Positions 38,997 to 49,421 of a stretch of DNA of 58,059 nt are shown one piece after another (within the stretch, counting starts at the first letter, position 1; each line of letters begins with the position of its first letter). A model generated the notes under the pieces. That model was not told where the DNA came from and ran no database searches. It saw only the letters and a list, made by a program, of their open reading frames with translations. The stretch is from Nautiliaceae bacterium (GTDB lineage: Bacteria; Campylobacterota; Campylobacteria; Campylobacterales; Nautiliaceae). The stretch is from positions 1-58,059 of the forward strand of contig JBDONT010000013.1 of NCBI GenBank assembly GCA_039831155.1, in the 5' to 3' direction. The translations under genes and the position numbers were made by a program.

Positions 38997-40168
38997 GTTT
39001 TAAATTTGGAGACTTTTTCTTGAAGTTTTTTAAATACGTTTCTTAAAGCGGTCATAATTTTTTCTATTGATTTTGCTATGGATACGTTGGCGGATGAAAT
39101 TTCCGTCAGTTTTTCCGTATGATTCATTAATTGTTTTGCTTCGAAAGCCATAACGGTTACGTTTTTGGTGGCATCTTTTGCGTAGTTTATATTGTTTTTG
39201 TTCATTTTAAGGATGTTTTCGAGTTGAGACGTTATTTCTGTGGTATGTGAAGCGAGTTCGTTCATTTTTTCCGAGTTTTTATTTATTTCTTCCGAGGTTT
39301 TATTAATTGTGGATGTTATTGTAATGACGATATTTTCTATTGAACTTAAAGAATCAGCACTCTCTTCAGCTAGTTTTCTCACTTCATCCGCCACAACCGC
39401 AAACCCGCGTCCGTGTTCTCCGGCACGTGCCGCTTCAATTGCCGCGTTTAGAGCTAAAAGTTCTGTTTGTTCGGTTATATTGGAAATTATTTTTAATACG
39501 TTTTTTATCTCTTCCGTTTGAGAATTTAGGTTGTTTAAAAGTTTATTTAATTCTTTTTCTTTGGAATTTATATCTAAAATTTCATCGGTCGTTTTAATGA
39601 GAGCGTTACTGAATTCTTCTAGAAATTCCGCGGTTTTTATTAATGTATTCGTTGTAGAAGCTACCGATTCTTCGGTTTTATCTAAATGTTGAGCCAGTAT
39701 TTCTGAAATTTTGGCGATTTCACTTGCTTCTATATCCGTTTGACGAATCGTTTTTTTTAGTTTATTTACGATTTCTTCCAATTCTTTTGTATTTTTTATT
39801 ACTTGAGTGTGAGTGTTTTTTATATCTATAATAACATTTCTTACGTTTGATATGAATTTATTTATTAAATCCGCTGCCAGTTTTATTTCGTTGTTTTGTT
39901 TTATGTTTATCTGTTTGGTTAAGTCTCCGTCTCCTTCGCTTAACTCTTTTGCAATAGAAATGTATTCTTCAACCGGTTTTACTATGTAGTGTTTCAAGAG
40001 TAAATAAGCGGTGATTTGTATTACGATAGCCACTATTATGTGTTCTATTGCGGTCGATAAGAATTCCGCTTTTGTAGCGGTAAAGTAAGTATAAATTAAT
40101 AATATGACGCTGGTTATTATATTGACTATAAGTAATTTTAGGTTAAAATCTTTGATAATCGAGTGCAT
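38993..40168 (-). CDS. Methyl-accepting chemotaxis protein (2 TM, HAMP, no periplasmic sensor domain)
   Basis: [42 protein letters not shown]. Confidence 0.95.
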   Translation of the reverse strand: MHSIIKDFNLKLLIVNIITSVILLIYTYFTATKAEFLSTAIEHIIVAIVIQITAYLLLKHYIVKPVEEYISIAKELSEGDGDLTKQINIKQNNEIKLAADLINKFISNVRNVIIDIKNTHTQVIKNTKELEEIVNKLKKTIRQTDIEASEIAKISEILAQHLDKTEESVASTTNTLIKTAEFLEEFSNALIKTTDEILDINSKEKELNKLLNNLNSQTEEIKNVLKIISNITEQTELLALNAAIEAARAGEHGRGFAVVADEVRKLAEESADSLSSIENIVITITSTINKTSEEINKNSEKMNELASHTTEITSQLENILKMNKNNINYAKDATKNVTVMAFEAKQLMNHTEKLTEISSANVSIAKSIEKIMTALRNVFKKLQEKVSKFKT

Positions 40169-40446
40169 TATCGCTTCCTTATGTCGAATTTGGAGGTTAA
40201 ATTAAGAGCTTCGAAGAGTTCGTATAAAGTGTTGTCGTAAATATTTATAGTAATTTTTACATTAGAATCGGCAAGTCTTAAAAGTTCACCTATTATACTT
40301 GAAGGTAGGGAAAACGATTTTATATTTAATATGAGATGAGAAGCGTTTTCTTTAGAGTTTAACACTTCTATTAATTGATGAGCGTCAGCTATCGTTGCGA
40401 TAGGAGAATTGATGTTAATTACGTTTCCGTTTACTTGCATATCCAT
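40168..40446 (-). CDS. STAS-like anti-sigma-factor antagonist
   Basis: 92 aa; SLPSSIIG parallels the STAS DSSG motif; LFEALNL..F. Confidence 0.65.
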   Translation of the reverse strand: MDMQVNGNVININSPIATIADAHQLIEVLNSKENASHLILNIKSFSLPSSIIGELLRLADSNVKITINIYDNTLYELFEALNLTSKFDIRKR

Positions 40447-40448
40447 TG

Positions 40449-41981
40449 TTACACCTTTATGAAGATTTTTATTAAAGTTCCGTTTTCGTTAAAAAACAGT
40501 CCGTCGGCGAGATGTTTTATTATTTTTATACCTCTACCGTGATATTTATTATAATAAGCGTCTTTTATTTTTTGAATCTCAAAACCTTCCGTGGTATCTT
40601 CGTATATAATTTTTATTATACATTTATCGTTTTTAAAAATTTTTACTTTAGCTTTAAAAGAGGTATTTACTTTAAAATTTATACTTAATTTTTCTTTTTT
40701 TAGTTTTTCTTTGTTTTTAATTTTTAATATGTTATGTTCGTAGGTGTTGGTTAAAAGTTCGTGTAAAATAAAATGAATTTTTTCCACCCCGGGAATATCG
40801 GTGTTTAATAGTTGTTCTAAAAAAGTGTCTATACCTTTGATATCCAACTTAAATTCGAATTCTTTTATTAGTTGATAATCATATTTTTCTTTGGTAATAT
40901 ATACTATACTTGTGTCGTCATGAATTTTTGATTTTTTTAAGTCTTCCGTTAATTCTTTTAAAAATAGTATTTTAGGAAAAAGTTCTTTTAAACGTTTAAA
41001 ATATAAAGTGTTTTGATAAAAAGCTTCAAAAAGACCGTCGCTTGCTATTAAAAGTTTATCTTCGATTTTAAACGAATCTATTTGTATTTTTTGTGTTGAA
41101 GTTTGTATGGGATGGTTGTTGGTTTTGACTATTTTTGATGATGTAAGTAACGGAGGATTTCCGAAACAGGCGTATAGAACCGTCTCTTTTTCTATATAAA
41201 TTAAAGAAGCACATAAAATTTCGTTATTTAAAAGAGTTGTTTTTGTATATTCTACAAAATCTTTTACCAATTTATTAAAATTAAAGTCGTTGTATTCTAT
41301 CGCTTTTTTTAAAGAGTGTTTTAAAAACGCCAGGGCGTTAAAACTTGTAAGAGAGGCTTCAAGACCTTTTCCCATAGCGTCAATAACCGATATAAAATAG
41401 GAATGTTCGTTTAGTTTTTTTGTAAATATCGTATCTCCGGTTAGAAGGTCTTTTGGTGCAAAGTAGGTTTCGAATAGAAAGTTTTTATCAAAATACATTT
41501 CAAGTTCGTTTTGCATAATTTTGTTTTGTTTTTGTTTTATGATTTTTTCTTGTTTTTGTTTAAATTGAAGCATTTGCTTTAGTTCTTCTTTTTCTTTTAA
41601 TTCTTTTTTGATAAAGCTTATCAGTTTTTTTACGGTATTTAAAAGAGCTTGCAAGTTGATTAAATCTATTTGTTTATTAATAAAATAGTCATAGCCTAAT
41701 ATAAGGGCTTTCTCTCTAAGAAGATTGTCTTCATCCGAGGTTATCATTATTTTATAAGTATAAGGGAAATCTTTTTTTATTTTTCGGAGTATTTCGAATC
41801 CGTTTAGTTTTTTCAGATGATAATCTATAAAAATTAAGTCTACGTCTTTATTTTCGTATATCCATTTAAAGAAATCATCTTCGTCTTCGAAAAGATTAAT
41901 ATCTTTAAAACCTATTTTATTAAGTTGCATTTTTATATAACTTAAAAAAATTTTATTATCGTCCAATACGGCTATTTTCAT
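40449..41981 (-). CDS. REC-PP2C(SpoIIE)-GHKL Ser kinase fusion (HsbR-like)
   Basis: IAVLDD/FIDY receiver; TGD, DAMGKG, SDG, DD phosphatase; ELLTN..EH, GF, HGRGI kinase. Confidence 0.85.
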   Translation of the reverse strand: MKIAVLDDNKIFLSYIKMQLNKIGFKDINLFEDEDDFFKWIYENKDVDLIFIDYHLKKLNGFEILRKIKKDFPYTYKIMITSDEDNLLREKALILGYDYFINKQIDLINLQALLNTVKKLISFIKKELKEKEELKQMLQFKQKQEKIIKQKQNKIMQNELEMYFDKNFLFETYFAPKDLLTGDTIFTKKLNEHSYFISVIDAMGKGLEASLTSFNALAFLKHSLKKAIEYNDFNFNKLVKDFVEYTKTTLLNNEILCASLIYIEKETVLYACFGNPPLLTSSKIVKTNNHPIQTSTQKIQIDSFKIEDKLLIASDGLFEAFYQNTLYFKRLKELFPKILFLKELTEDLKKSKIHDDTSIVYITKEKYDYQLIKEFEFKLDIKGIDTFLEQLLNTDIPGVEKIHFILHELLTNTYEHNILKIKNKEKLKKEKLSINFKVNTSFKAKVKIFKNDKCIIKIIYEDTTEGFEIQKIKDAYYNKYHGRGIKIIKHLADGLFFNENGTLIKIFIKV

Positions 41982-42073
41982 ATAATGCTCCGTTTTTTCT
42001 TTAAGTAATTGTAACATAAAATTATGATATAATTTCAAATACTAGAGTGTCTGGCACTGTGAAAGGAGCTAAA

Positions 42074-42814
42074 ATGGCTAGAAAACCTAGAGTAAACGAC
42101 CCAGGATTTTATCATATTGTAAACAGAGGAGTAAACGGAGCTGAAATCTTTAATGAAAAAGAGGATTATTTTAAGTTTTTGGAATTGATGTTAAAAACAA
42201 AATATGATTATAAGGTAATTTTTCACGCTTTTACGATTTTACCGAATCATTATCATATTTTGCTTGAAACTACTCTTTCGAATTTAAGTGAAGCTATGAG
42301 GTTTTTAAATTCGGCATATGCTGCGTGGTATAACTATAAAATCGGCAGGATAGGGCATTTATGGAAAGGGAGATTTGAGAGTTATATGATGTTTGATAAT
42401 GACCACGCCTGGAAGGTTGTAAAATATATAGAAAGAAATGCATATGTTTTAGGGCTTGTTGATGATATTACGAAATATGAGTATCAGTCTTTAACTTTGA
42501 GACTTAAAAAAACAAAATTCAGTGAGATTATCGAAGATAGTATGATTTTAACAAAACCTATTGAAGAGTATATAGAATGGCTAAATAAACCTCTTGAAAA
42601 ATTTGAGATAGAAGAGATTTATAAAGAACCTAAAATTATAAAAGTTGACGGTGAAATAAAAGTCATAAGAAAAAAAATTTCAGACTTTTTTGAGGAGTTT
42701 GAAGATAAAAAAGAAGCAATAAAAGCCGCTAAGGAAAACGGATATAAATACAGTGAAATTGCAAGATATTTGGGAGTTAGTAACTCTTATATAACTAAGC
42801 TTTTAAAAAGCTAA
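42074..42814 (+). CDS. REP-associated tyrosine transposase (RAYT, Y1 HUH) with C-terminal HTH
   Basis: MARKPR..YHIVNRG, PNHYH, GHLWKGRF, YIERN, SEIARYLGVS. Confidence 0.88.
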   Translation: MARKPRVNDPGFYHIVNRGVNGAEIFNEKEDYFKFLELMLKTKYDYKVIFHAFTILPNHYHILLETTLSNLSEAMRFLNSAYAAWYNYKIGRIGHLWKGRFESYMMFDNDHAWKVVKYIERNAYVLGLVDDITKYEYQSLTLRLKKTKFSEIIEDSMILTKPIEEYIEWLNKPLEKFEIEEIYKEPKIIKVDGEIKVIRKKISDFFEEFEDKKEAIKAAKENGYKYSEIARYLGVSNSYITKLLKS

Positions 42815-42820
42815 AAAGCC

Positions 42821-43834
42821 TTAGAGGCTTTTTGCTACTAAGTTTGTAAGTTCAAGTACTCTTCCGGCATATCCGAATTCATTGTCATACCAAGTAAGAA
42901 TTTTTGCTTTGTTTCCGTCCACTACGCCTGTAGAAAGGGCATCGATTGTGCTTGAATTCGGATTGTTTATCATATCGCTTGAAACAACTTCATCATAAGT
43001 AATTCCAAGAATTCCTTTCATTTTACCATTTGCGTATTCTTCGAATTTTTTATTCAGCTCTTCTGCAGTTGTCTCTTTTTTAAGTGTTACAGAAATATCA
43101 GTTACGGCTACATCAGCTACTGGTACTCTTAGAGCCATTGCGTGCATTTTTCCTTTAAGTGCCGGAATTACCTCGATTGTCGCTTTTGCCGCTCCGGTTG
43201 TTGTAGGAATGATATTAATTGCAGCCGCTCTTCCACGTCTATGTTTTCCCGGTTTTTTTCTATCAATTGTTACTTGACTTGAAGTATATGCGTGAACAGT
43301 AGTAACAAGTGCACTCTCAACTCCAAATTCGTCTTCTAAAATTTTCATTACCGGTGCAAGTGAGTTTGTAGTACAAGAGGCGTTTGAAATTACGTGATGG
43401 TTTGTAGGGTCGTATTCGTTATCGTTTACACCAAGGACGATTGTTTTATCTACGTTTTTACCGGGAGCGGAGATTATTACTTTTTTTGCACCGGCAGTTA
43501 TATGTTTTGCTGCGTCTTCTCTTTTTGTGAATTTACCGGTCGCTTCAATTACGATATCAATTCCCATCTCTTTCCAAGGAAGTTTTTCAGGATCTCTTTC
43601 ACTTACTATTTTAATCTCTTTTTGGTCTATAATTAGGCTGTTATCCGTATATTCAACGTTTGCCGGAAATCTTCCGTGAACTGAATCGAATTTTAGCATA
43701 TATGCTAAATCTTCCGGAGTGCCGCTTCCCCCGTTTGCGGCTACTATTTCTATATTTTCGGGTTTATTTACAACATAATGCCAAAGAACCATTTTTCCGA
43801 TTCTTCCTAGTCCGTTTATCGCAACTTTTACCAT
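42821..43834 (-). CDS. gap: Type I glyceraldehyde-3-phosphate dehydrogenase
   Basis: INGLGRIG, SNASCTTN, TTTGAAK, WYDNEFGY. Confidence 0.97.
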   Translation of the reverse strand: MVKVAINGLGRIGKMVLWHYVVNKPENIEIVAANGGSGTPEDLAYMLKFDSVHGRFPANVEYTDNSLIIDQKEIKIVSERDPEKLPWKEMGIDIVIEATGKFTKREDAAKHITAGAKKVIISAPGKNVDKTIVLGVNDNEYDPTNHHVISNASCTTNSLAPVMKILEDEFGVESALVTTVHAYTSSQVTIDRKKPGKHRRGRAAAINIIPTTTGAAKATIEVIPALKGKMHAMALRVPVADVAVTDISVTLKKETTAEELNKKFEEYANGKMKGILGITYDEVVSSDMINNPNSSTIDALSTGVVDGNKAKILTWYDNEFGYAGRVLELTNLVAKSL

Positions 43835-43954
43835 TTTTTCTCCTTTTTTTAGTTTGTTGAAATTTTATCATAAAGAAGTAAAAAAAATGAAAAAGAGTTT
43901 TTACTCTTTCGAAAAGATAAAAAATATTGTATAATTACGCCTCAATTTAAAAAA

Positions 43955-44003
43955 TGCCTCCTTGCTCCAAAAAGCAGGGGCTAAAAAGCCAAAAGGAGAT
44001 TTA
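43955..44003 (+). promoter_or_regulatory. Structured rpsF leader (candidate S6:S18 site)
   Basis: GCCTCCTTGCT/AGCAGGGGC stem; CTCCTT is complementary to the SD AAGGAG. Confidence 0.45.
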
Positions 44004-44339
44004 ATGAGCTTAAGACATTATGAAACGATGTTCGTTTTAAAACCTACGTTAACGGACGAAGAAAAAGAAAAAAATATAGAAAACATCAAAAACGTTATTA
44101 CTCAAAACGGTGGAGAAGTTGCGGCACTTGATAAAATAGGCGTAAGAGAACTTGCTTATCCTATTAATAAATTCGAAAGAGGTGATTACAATATAATTTA
44201 TTACAAAGCACCGGCAAGTGCGGTACTTGAACTTGAAAGACAAATGAGATATAACGAAGATATTTTAAGATTTATGACCGTAAAATATGAAAATAAAAAA
44301 GAGATTAAACGCTGGGAAGAGATGGTAAAGAATGTATAA
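44004..44339 (+). CDS. rpsF: 30S ribosomal protein S6
   Basis: HYETMFVL.P, G.R.LAYPI.K, ILRF. Confidence 0.98.
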   Translation: MSLRHYETMFVLKPTLTDEEKEKNIENIKNVITQNGGEVAALDKIGVRELAYPINKFERGDYNIIYYKAPASAVLELERQMRYNEDILRFMTVKYENKKEIKRWEEMVKNV

Positions 44340-44799
44340 CAAAGTTATTCTCGTAGGTAACCTTACAAGAGACGTAGAACTTAAATATACTCCTACGGGG
44401 ACTGCTATTGCTAAATTTGGTTTGGCAACCAACAGAACCTATAAAGATAGCGTAACAGGTGAGAATAAACAGGAAGTAATGTTTATAGACATTACGGTGT
44501 TTGGTAGAAGTGCGGAAATAGCAAATCAATACCTTAGAAAAGGTAGAAGAGTTTTAATTGAGGGTAGATTGGTTTTAGACCAATGGGTGGACGCTCAAGG
44601 TCAAAAACGCTCAAAACATTCTATCGTAGCTGAAAAAGTGCAGTTTATGGAAAGTAAAGCGAGTGCTGAAGATAATAGTGGTTACCAACAAACGAATTAT
44701 CAGCAACCACAACCGGCACCACAGCCGCAGATGCAACAACCACAACAACAAAACAACATTCCGTCAATCGATATAGATGACGAAGAAATACCATTTTAA
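44332..44799 (+). CDS. ssb: Single-stranded DNA-binding protein
   Basis: NKVILVGNL.RD.E, IEGRL, DEEIPF tail. Confidence 0.98.
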   Translation: MYNKVILVGNLTRDVELKYTPTGTAIAKFGLATNRTYKDSVTGENKQEVMFIDITVFGRSAEIANQYLRKGRRVLIEGRLVLDQWVDAQGQKRSKHSIVAEKVQFMESKASAEDNSGYQQTNYQQPQPAPQPQMQQPQQQNNIPSIDIDDEEIPF

Positions 44800-44809
44800 A
44801 GGATAAACA

Positions 44810-45094
44810 ATGGCAGCAGATCCAAAGAAAAAATACGGAAAAAAAAGATGTAAATATTGCGAAATGAAAGTAGATTACATCGGGTATAAAGACCTTGAAT
44901 TAATTAAATATTCATTATCCGAAAGATATAAAATTATGCCAAGAAGACTTACAGGTACTTGTAAAAAACATCAAGATATGGTAACTAAGGCTATTAAAAG
45001 AGCTAGACAAGTTGCACTTATCCCTTATGTAGTTGACAGACACAGAGTAATTGAAAATCCGTTTGACGCAATTAAACCTTTAAAATCTAAATAA
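44810..45094 (+). CDS. rpsR: 30S ribosomal protein S18
   Basis: [19 protein letters not shown]. Confidence 0.98.
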   Translation: MAADPKKKYGKKRCKYCEMKVDYIGYKDLELIKYSLSERYKIMPRRLTGTCKKHQDMVTKAIKRARQVALIPYVVDRHRVIENPFDAIKPLKSK

Positions 45095-45137
45095 TTTTTT
45101 TTTAGGGGTCTTCCCCTACAAATTAAAAAGGCTTACA

Positions 45138-46115
45138 ATGGCTACTATTTACCTTCATAAAAATAAACTTTTTAATAATCTAAATAAAATCTCTTCAATA
45201 AACCCCAATATTTTAGCAGTTATTAAAGATAACGCTTACGGGCATGGAATCATTTCTATTTCTAAACTTTTAAAAGAGTACGGAATTAAAAAGGTTTGTG
45301 TTAGAAATATAAATGAAGCTGAAATTGTAAGAGATTTGTTTGAAGAAGTACTTATTTTTTTTCCTCACACAGGACGTAGTTTTAAGAATTTTTCTTTTGC
45401 GATAAACTCTTTGTCTCAACTTAAAAAAAACCGTCATCCAAGTATTCATTTAAAAATAGACACCGGAATGCATAGAAACGGAATTGCTTTGGATGAGGTT
45501 GATGAGGTTTTGGAGATTGTTTTAAAAAAAGAGTTTGATTTAAAAGGTGTTTTTAGCCATTTTTGCTGCAGTGATGAGGATTGTAACGATACTTTTATTC
45601 AGTATAGAAGATTTCTGGAAGTAAAAGAGAAGGTTTTGGAGTTTATAAATAAGCACTCTTTAAATAAACCTTATTTTCATTTGGCAAATTCTGCAGCTTT
45701 AAATAAGTTACCTCATACGTTTGATTATGTACGTCCCGGTATTGCGATTTACGGAGGGATTGAAGGGTATGAGGGGGTTATGGAACTTAGAGCCAATGTC
45801 ATCTCTTCTAGAAAATTGCACTCTAAAGAGGGGTGCGGGTATAATAAAATGTTTATGAGCAAAAAAGATATTACAATATCTACAATAGACGTGGGATATG
45901 GAGACGGGATACCTTATTTTAAAAACGGATGTGAATTAAAACAGGCAAAAGCTTTGGGAAAAATTTCTATGGATTCTATGATTGTTGAAGGAGAATTTAA
46001 AAAAGAGATTGTCGTTTTTGATGATGTAAAAGAGTTTGTTAAAAATTTTGAGACGATTACTTATGATATTTTGGTAAAAATGTCTCCTAGAATAAAAAGA
46101 GTGATTAAGGATTAA
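45138..46115 (+). CDS. alr: Alanine racemase
   Basis: AVIKDNAYGHG, DTGMHR.G, GYGDG, ISMD. Confidence 0.96.
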   Translation: MATIYLHKNKLFNNLNKISSINPNILAVIKDNAYGHGIISISKLLKEYGIKKVCVRNINEAEIVRDLFEEVLIFFPHTGRSFKNFSFAINSLSQLKKNRHPSIHLKIDTGMHRNGIALDEVDEVLEIVLKKEFDLKGVFSHFCCSDEDCNDTFIQYRRFLEVKEKVLEFINKHSLNKPYFHLANSAALNKLPHTFDYVRPGIAIYGGIEGYEGVMELRANVISSRKLHSKEGCGYNKMFMSKKDITISTIDVGYGDGIPYFKNGCELKQAKALGKISMDSMIVEGEFKKEIVVFDDVKEFVKNFETITYDILVKMSPRIKRVIKD

Positions 46116-46116
46116 A

Positions 46117-47448
46117 TTGAAGGCTATAAGTGTTAGTGAGCTTAATAATCAGATAAAAAGCATAATGGAGTCCCATTTTGAAATAGTTTTGCTAAAAGGT
46201 GAGGTTAGTAAGGTTGTGTATCACTCTTCCGGGCATTTATATTTTACGTTAAAAGATGAAAGCTCTTCTATTAACTGTGCTATGTGGAGGAGTAATTTAT
46301 CTAAAATGAAATTTAAGTTAAAAGAGGGGGAGGAGGTTGTAGTTTATGGAGCTGTGAGTTTATATGTTCCAAGGGGTGAATATAAAGTTATAGCCCAAAG
46401 TATAGAACCTAGTGGAATAGGTGCTTTACAAAAGGCTTACGAGCAGTTAAAAGAGGAGTTAAAAGCTTTAGGGTACTTTGATGAATCCAGGAAAAAACCT
46501 CTTCCTAAATTTCCAAAAAGAGTGGCTATTGTTACATCTTCTACGGCTGCTGCATTACAGGACATGCTTAGAATTGCAAAAAAAAGATGGCTTTTGACGA
46601 AGTTTTATCTTTTTAACACTTTTGTTCAAGGAGAAAATGCTGCTGAAGATATAGCGGAAAATATAAAAAAAGCGGACAGTTATCTTTTTGAAGACAACAG
46701 AGGATTTGATTTAATTATAGTGGGAAGAGGAGGAGGGTCTAAGGAGGATTTGTGGCCTTTTAATGAAAGAGTGGTAGCTGATGCTATTTTTAATGCCAAA
46801 ACCCCTATAATTTCTGCCGTCGGTCACGAGATTGATTATTTAATCAGTGATTTTGTAGCCGATGTAAGGGCGGCAACTCCTAGTAACGCTATGGAAATAG
46901 CCCTTCCGGATAAAAACGAAATATTGATGACCCTTGATGATATGCAGGGTATGTTTAGAGAAAAGTTTTTTAATATTTTAAATAAAAAGGAAAAAGAGCT
47001 TTTTCATTTAAAAGAGCTTATCAGCAGTGCTTCTCCTTTAAAAAAACTTGATATTAAACTGCAAGAGTGTGAACTTTTGAAAAAAGAGTTTAAAAACTCC
47101 TATATAACCATTTTAAAAAACAAAATTTCTTTGCTTGAGAGATTAAAAAATGAATTTTTCCGTTTTTCTCCGGTTATAAAAATAAAAACCTACGAAAGTG
47201 AAGTTGAGAATTTAAAAAAAGTTTTTAATTTAAAAATGCAAGAGGTATTGAGTTACAAAGAAAAAGAGATAAAAAATTTAAAAAAGGCTTTTGAGACTTT
47301 AAATCCTAAAAATAGGGAAAAAGAGGGGTTTGCAGAAGTTATAAAGGGAAATAAAAGAATTTCTTTAAAAGAGATAAAAAAAGGAGATGAGTTTAATATT
47401 CAAAATAGTGAAGTGAGTATCAAAGTAAAAGCGTTGGAGGTTAAATGA
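46117..47448 (+). CDS. xseA: Exodeoxyribonuclease VII large subunit
   Basis: SGHLYFTLKD, RGGGS.EDL, AVGHE.D, ATPS. Confidence 0.97.
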   Translation: MKAISVSELNNQIKSIMESHFEIVLLKGEVSKVVYHSSGHLYFTLKDESSSINCAMWRSNLSKMKFKLKEGEEVVVYGAVSLYVPRGEYKVIAQSIEPSGIGALQKAYEQLKEELKALGYFDESRKKPLPKFPKRVAIVTSSTAAALQDMLRIAKKRWLLTKFYLFNTFVQGENAAEDIAENIKKADSYLFEDNRGFDLIIVGRGGGSKEDLWPFNERVVADAIFNAKTPIISAVGHEIDYLISDFVADVRAATPSNAMEIALPDKNEILMTLDDMQGMFREKFFNILNKKEKELFHLKELISSASPLKKLDIKLQECELLKKEFKNSYITILKNKISLLERLKNEFFRFSPVIKIKTYESEVENLKKVFNLKMQEVLSYKEKEIKNLKKAFETLNPKNREKEGFAEVIKGNKRISLKEIKKGDEFNIQNSEVSIKVKALEVK

Positions 47449-48272
47449 AAGTTTCTTTGGTTTTAAGTGGAGGAGGTGCTAGAGGATATGCCCATATAGG
47501 AGTTATTGAAGAGATAAAAAAAAGATACGAAATAGTCTCAATCAGCGGTACTTCTATGGGGGCTTTGATAGGGGCTTTGGAGGCTTGCGGAAAACTTGAT
47601 ATTTATAAAGAGTGGGTTGAGTCTCTTGATATTATCGATATTTTAAAATTTTTAAAATCCCCTTTTATGCTTGACAGTGAAAAAATATTTAACAAAATAA
47701 AATCATTAGTCGGAGATTATTACATAGAAGATTTGCCTATAAAATTTACGGCAGTCGCTACGGATTTAAACAAAGGAAAAGAGGTTTGGTTTCAAAAAGG
47801 TCCTTTGTGGGAAGCCGTAAAAGCTTCTTCTGCGATTCCCGGGGTATTTGAGCCGGTTGAATTTAAAAATATGAAATTAGTAGACGGAGGGGTTTTAAAT
47901 TTAATGCCCGTAGCTCCCGTTATGAGTGATTTTAGCGATATGATTATAGCCGTTAATTTGTACGGGGAAAATAGTGGGATTGATTTAAAATTGGAATATG
48001 AAAAAAGAAAAAAAGTAACTATTTTAAATACTATTTTTGATAAAATATTTGATGAAAAAGAGGATAGTGTAAATTTATCTATTAATTTAATGATGGAGGC
48101 GATTTTCAGATATCGACAAGCCGAATATAAGCCCGATATCGAAATAAAAATACCTAAAAGCTGTGCTAAGTGGTATGAGTTTCATAGGGCTTTAGAACTT
48201 ATCGAAATCGGTAGATATTTTGCCAAAGAAACTTTACAAAGGAGAGAAAATGGAAAAAATTCATACAAATAA
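47445..48272 (+). CDS. Patatin-like phospholipase
   Basis: GGGARG, GTSMG, DGG. Confidence 0.93.
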   Translation: MKVSLVLSGGGARGYAHIGVIEEIKKRYEIVSISGTSMGALIGALEACGKLDIYKEWVESLDIIDILKFLKSPFMLDSEKIFNKIKSLVGDYYIEDLPIKFTAVATDLNKGKEVWFQKGPLWEAVKASSAIPGVFEPVEFKNMKLVDGGVLNLMPVAPVMSDFSDMIIAVNLYGENSGIDLKLEYEKRKKVTILNTIFDKIFDEKEDSVNLSINLMMEAIFRYRQAEYKPDIEIKIPKSCAKWYEFHRALELIEIGRYFAKETLQRRENGKNSYK

Positions 48273-48621
48273 CGCCCCTCAAGCCATAGGGCCTTATTCT
48301 CAAGCTATAAAGGTCGGGAATTTTATTTATACTTCCGGTCAGATAGCTTTAACGCCTAAAGGGGAGTTTTTAGACGCTGATATAAAAACCCAGACAAAAC
48401 AGGTGTGTGAGAATTTAAAAGCAGTACTTGAAGCAGCCGGGGCAAAAATAGAAAATGTTGTAAAAACCACAATTTTTTTAGATGATATTAATAATTTTGT
48501 GGCGGTAAATGAAGTTTATGGAGAGTATTTTTCCCATAAACCGGCTAGAAGTACTGTTGCTGTTAAAGAGCTTCCAAAGGGAGCTAAAGTTGAAATAGAA
48601 TGCGTTGCATTTGTTGAATAA
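48250..48621 (+). CDS. ridA: RidA-family deaminase
   Basis: [20 protein letters not shown]. Confidence 0.93.
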   Translation: MEKIHTNNAPQAIGPYSQAIKVGNFIYTSGQIALTPKGEFLDADIKTQTKQVCENLKAVLEAAGAKIENVVKTTIFLDDINNFVAVNEVYGEYFSHKPARSTVAVKELPKGAKVEIECVAFVE

Positions 48622-48705
48622 AGCTTAAATAAATCTTAATTTAAGTTTATTTTAAGAAACTATAGGTAATATTTCATCCTAAAAAACCAATAAAGGGTTA
48701 ACACA

Positions 48706-49017
48706 ATGTATGCAGTTATTAAACACGGTGGAAAACAATATAAAGTAAACGTCGGAGACGTATTAGAACTTGATAGAATCGAAGGTGTTGAGCCTAAATC
48801 AAGTATTGAATTTAACGAAGTTTTACTTGTAAAAGGTGATGATACTAAAATAGGAACACCTCTTGTAGACGGTGCTAAAGTGGTAGCGGAAGTTATTAAT
48901 CACGGAAGAGGTAAAAAAGTTATCGTTTTCAAAAAAAGAAGAAGAAAAGACTCTAAGAAAAAAAGAGGCTTTAGAAGAGATTTTACTAGAGTTGTGATTA
49001 AAGAAATCATAGCATAA
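48706..49017 (+). CDS. rplU: 50S ribosomal protein L21
   Basis: MYAVI..GGKQYKV. Confidence 0.99.
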   Translation: MYAVIKHGGKQYKVNVGDVLELDRIEGVEPKSSIEFNEVLLVKGDDTKIGTPLVDGAKVVAEVINHGRGKKVIVFKKRRRKDSKKKRGFRRDFTRVVIKEIIA

Positions 49018-49031
49018 TTTAAGGAGAAGAA

Positions 49032-49295
49032 ATGGCACATAAAAAAGGACAAGGGTCAACTCAAAATAACAGAGATTCAGCCGGTAGAAGACTTGGCGTT
49101 AAAAAATTCGGAGGAGAGTTCGTAAGAGCCGGAAATATTATTATCAGACAAAGAGGAACTAAAGTTCATCCTGGTAATAATGTTGGTATGGGTAAAGACC
49201 ATACAATCTACGCTTTAATTGACGGATACGTAAAATTCGAAATTAAAGATAAACAAAGAAAAAAAGTTTCGGTTTATCCGGTAGAAAACAACTAA
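49032..49295 (+). CDS. rpmA: 50S ribosomal protein L27
   Basis: [20 protein letters not shown]. Confidence 0.99.
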   Translation: MAHKKGQGSTQNNRDSAGRRLGVKKFGGEFVRAGNIIIRQRGTKVHPGNNVGMGKDHTIYALIDGYVKFEIKDKQRKKVSVYPVENN

Positions 49296-49421
49296 TTTCC
49301 CCTCTTTTTCCTCATTTTTCGCTCATAATTTGATAAAATACTTTTATGTTTAGTGCTTAATGTTCAGTTAGTTTAAGTGATATAATTAATATTAAAGATT
49401 AAATTTATATTAGGAGTATGG

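Noticed and set aside
44690-44760. CAA/CAG-rich repeat
   Set aside because: Ordinary Gln/Pro linker of SSB
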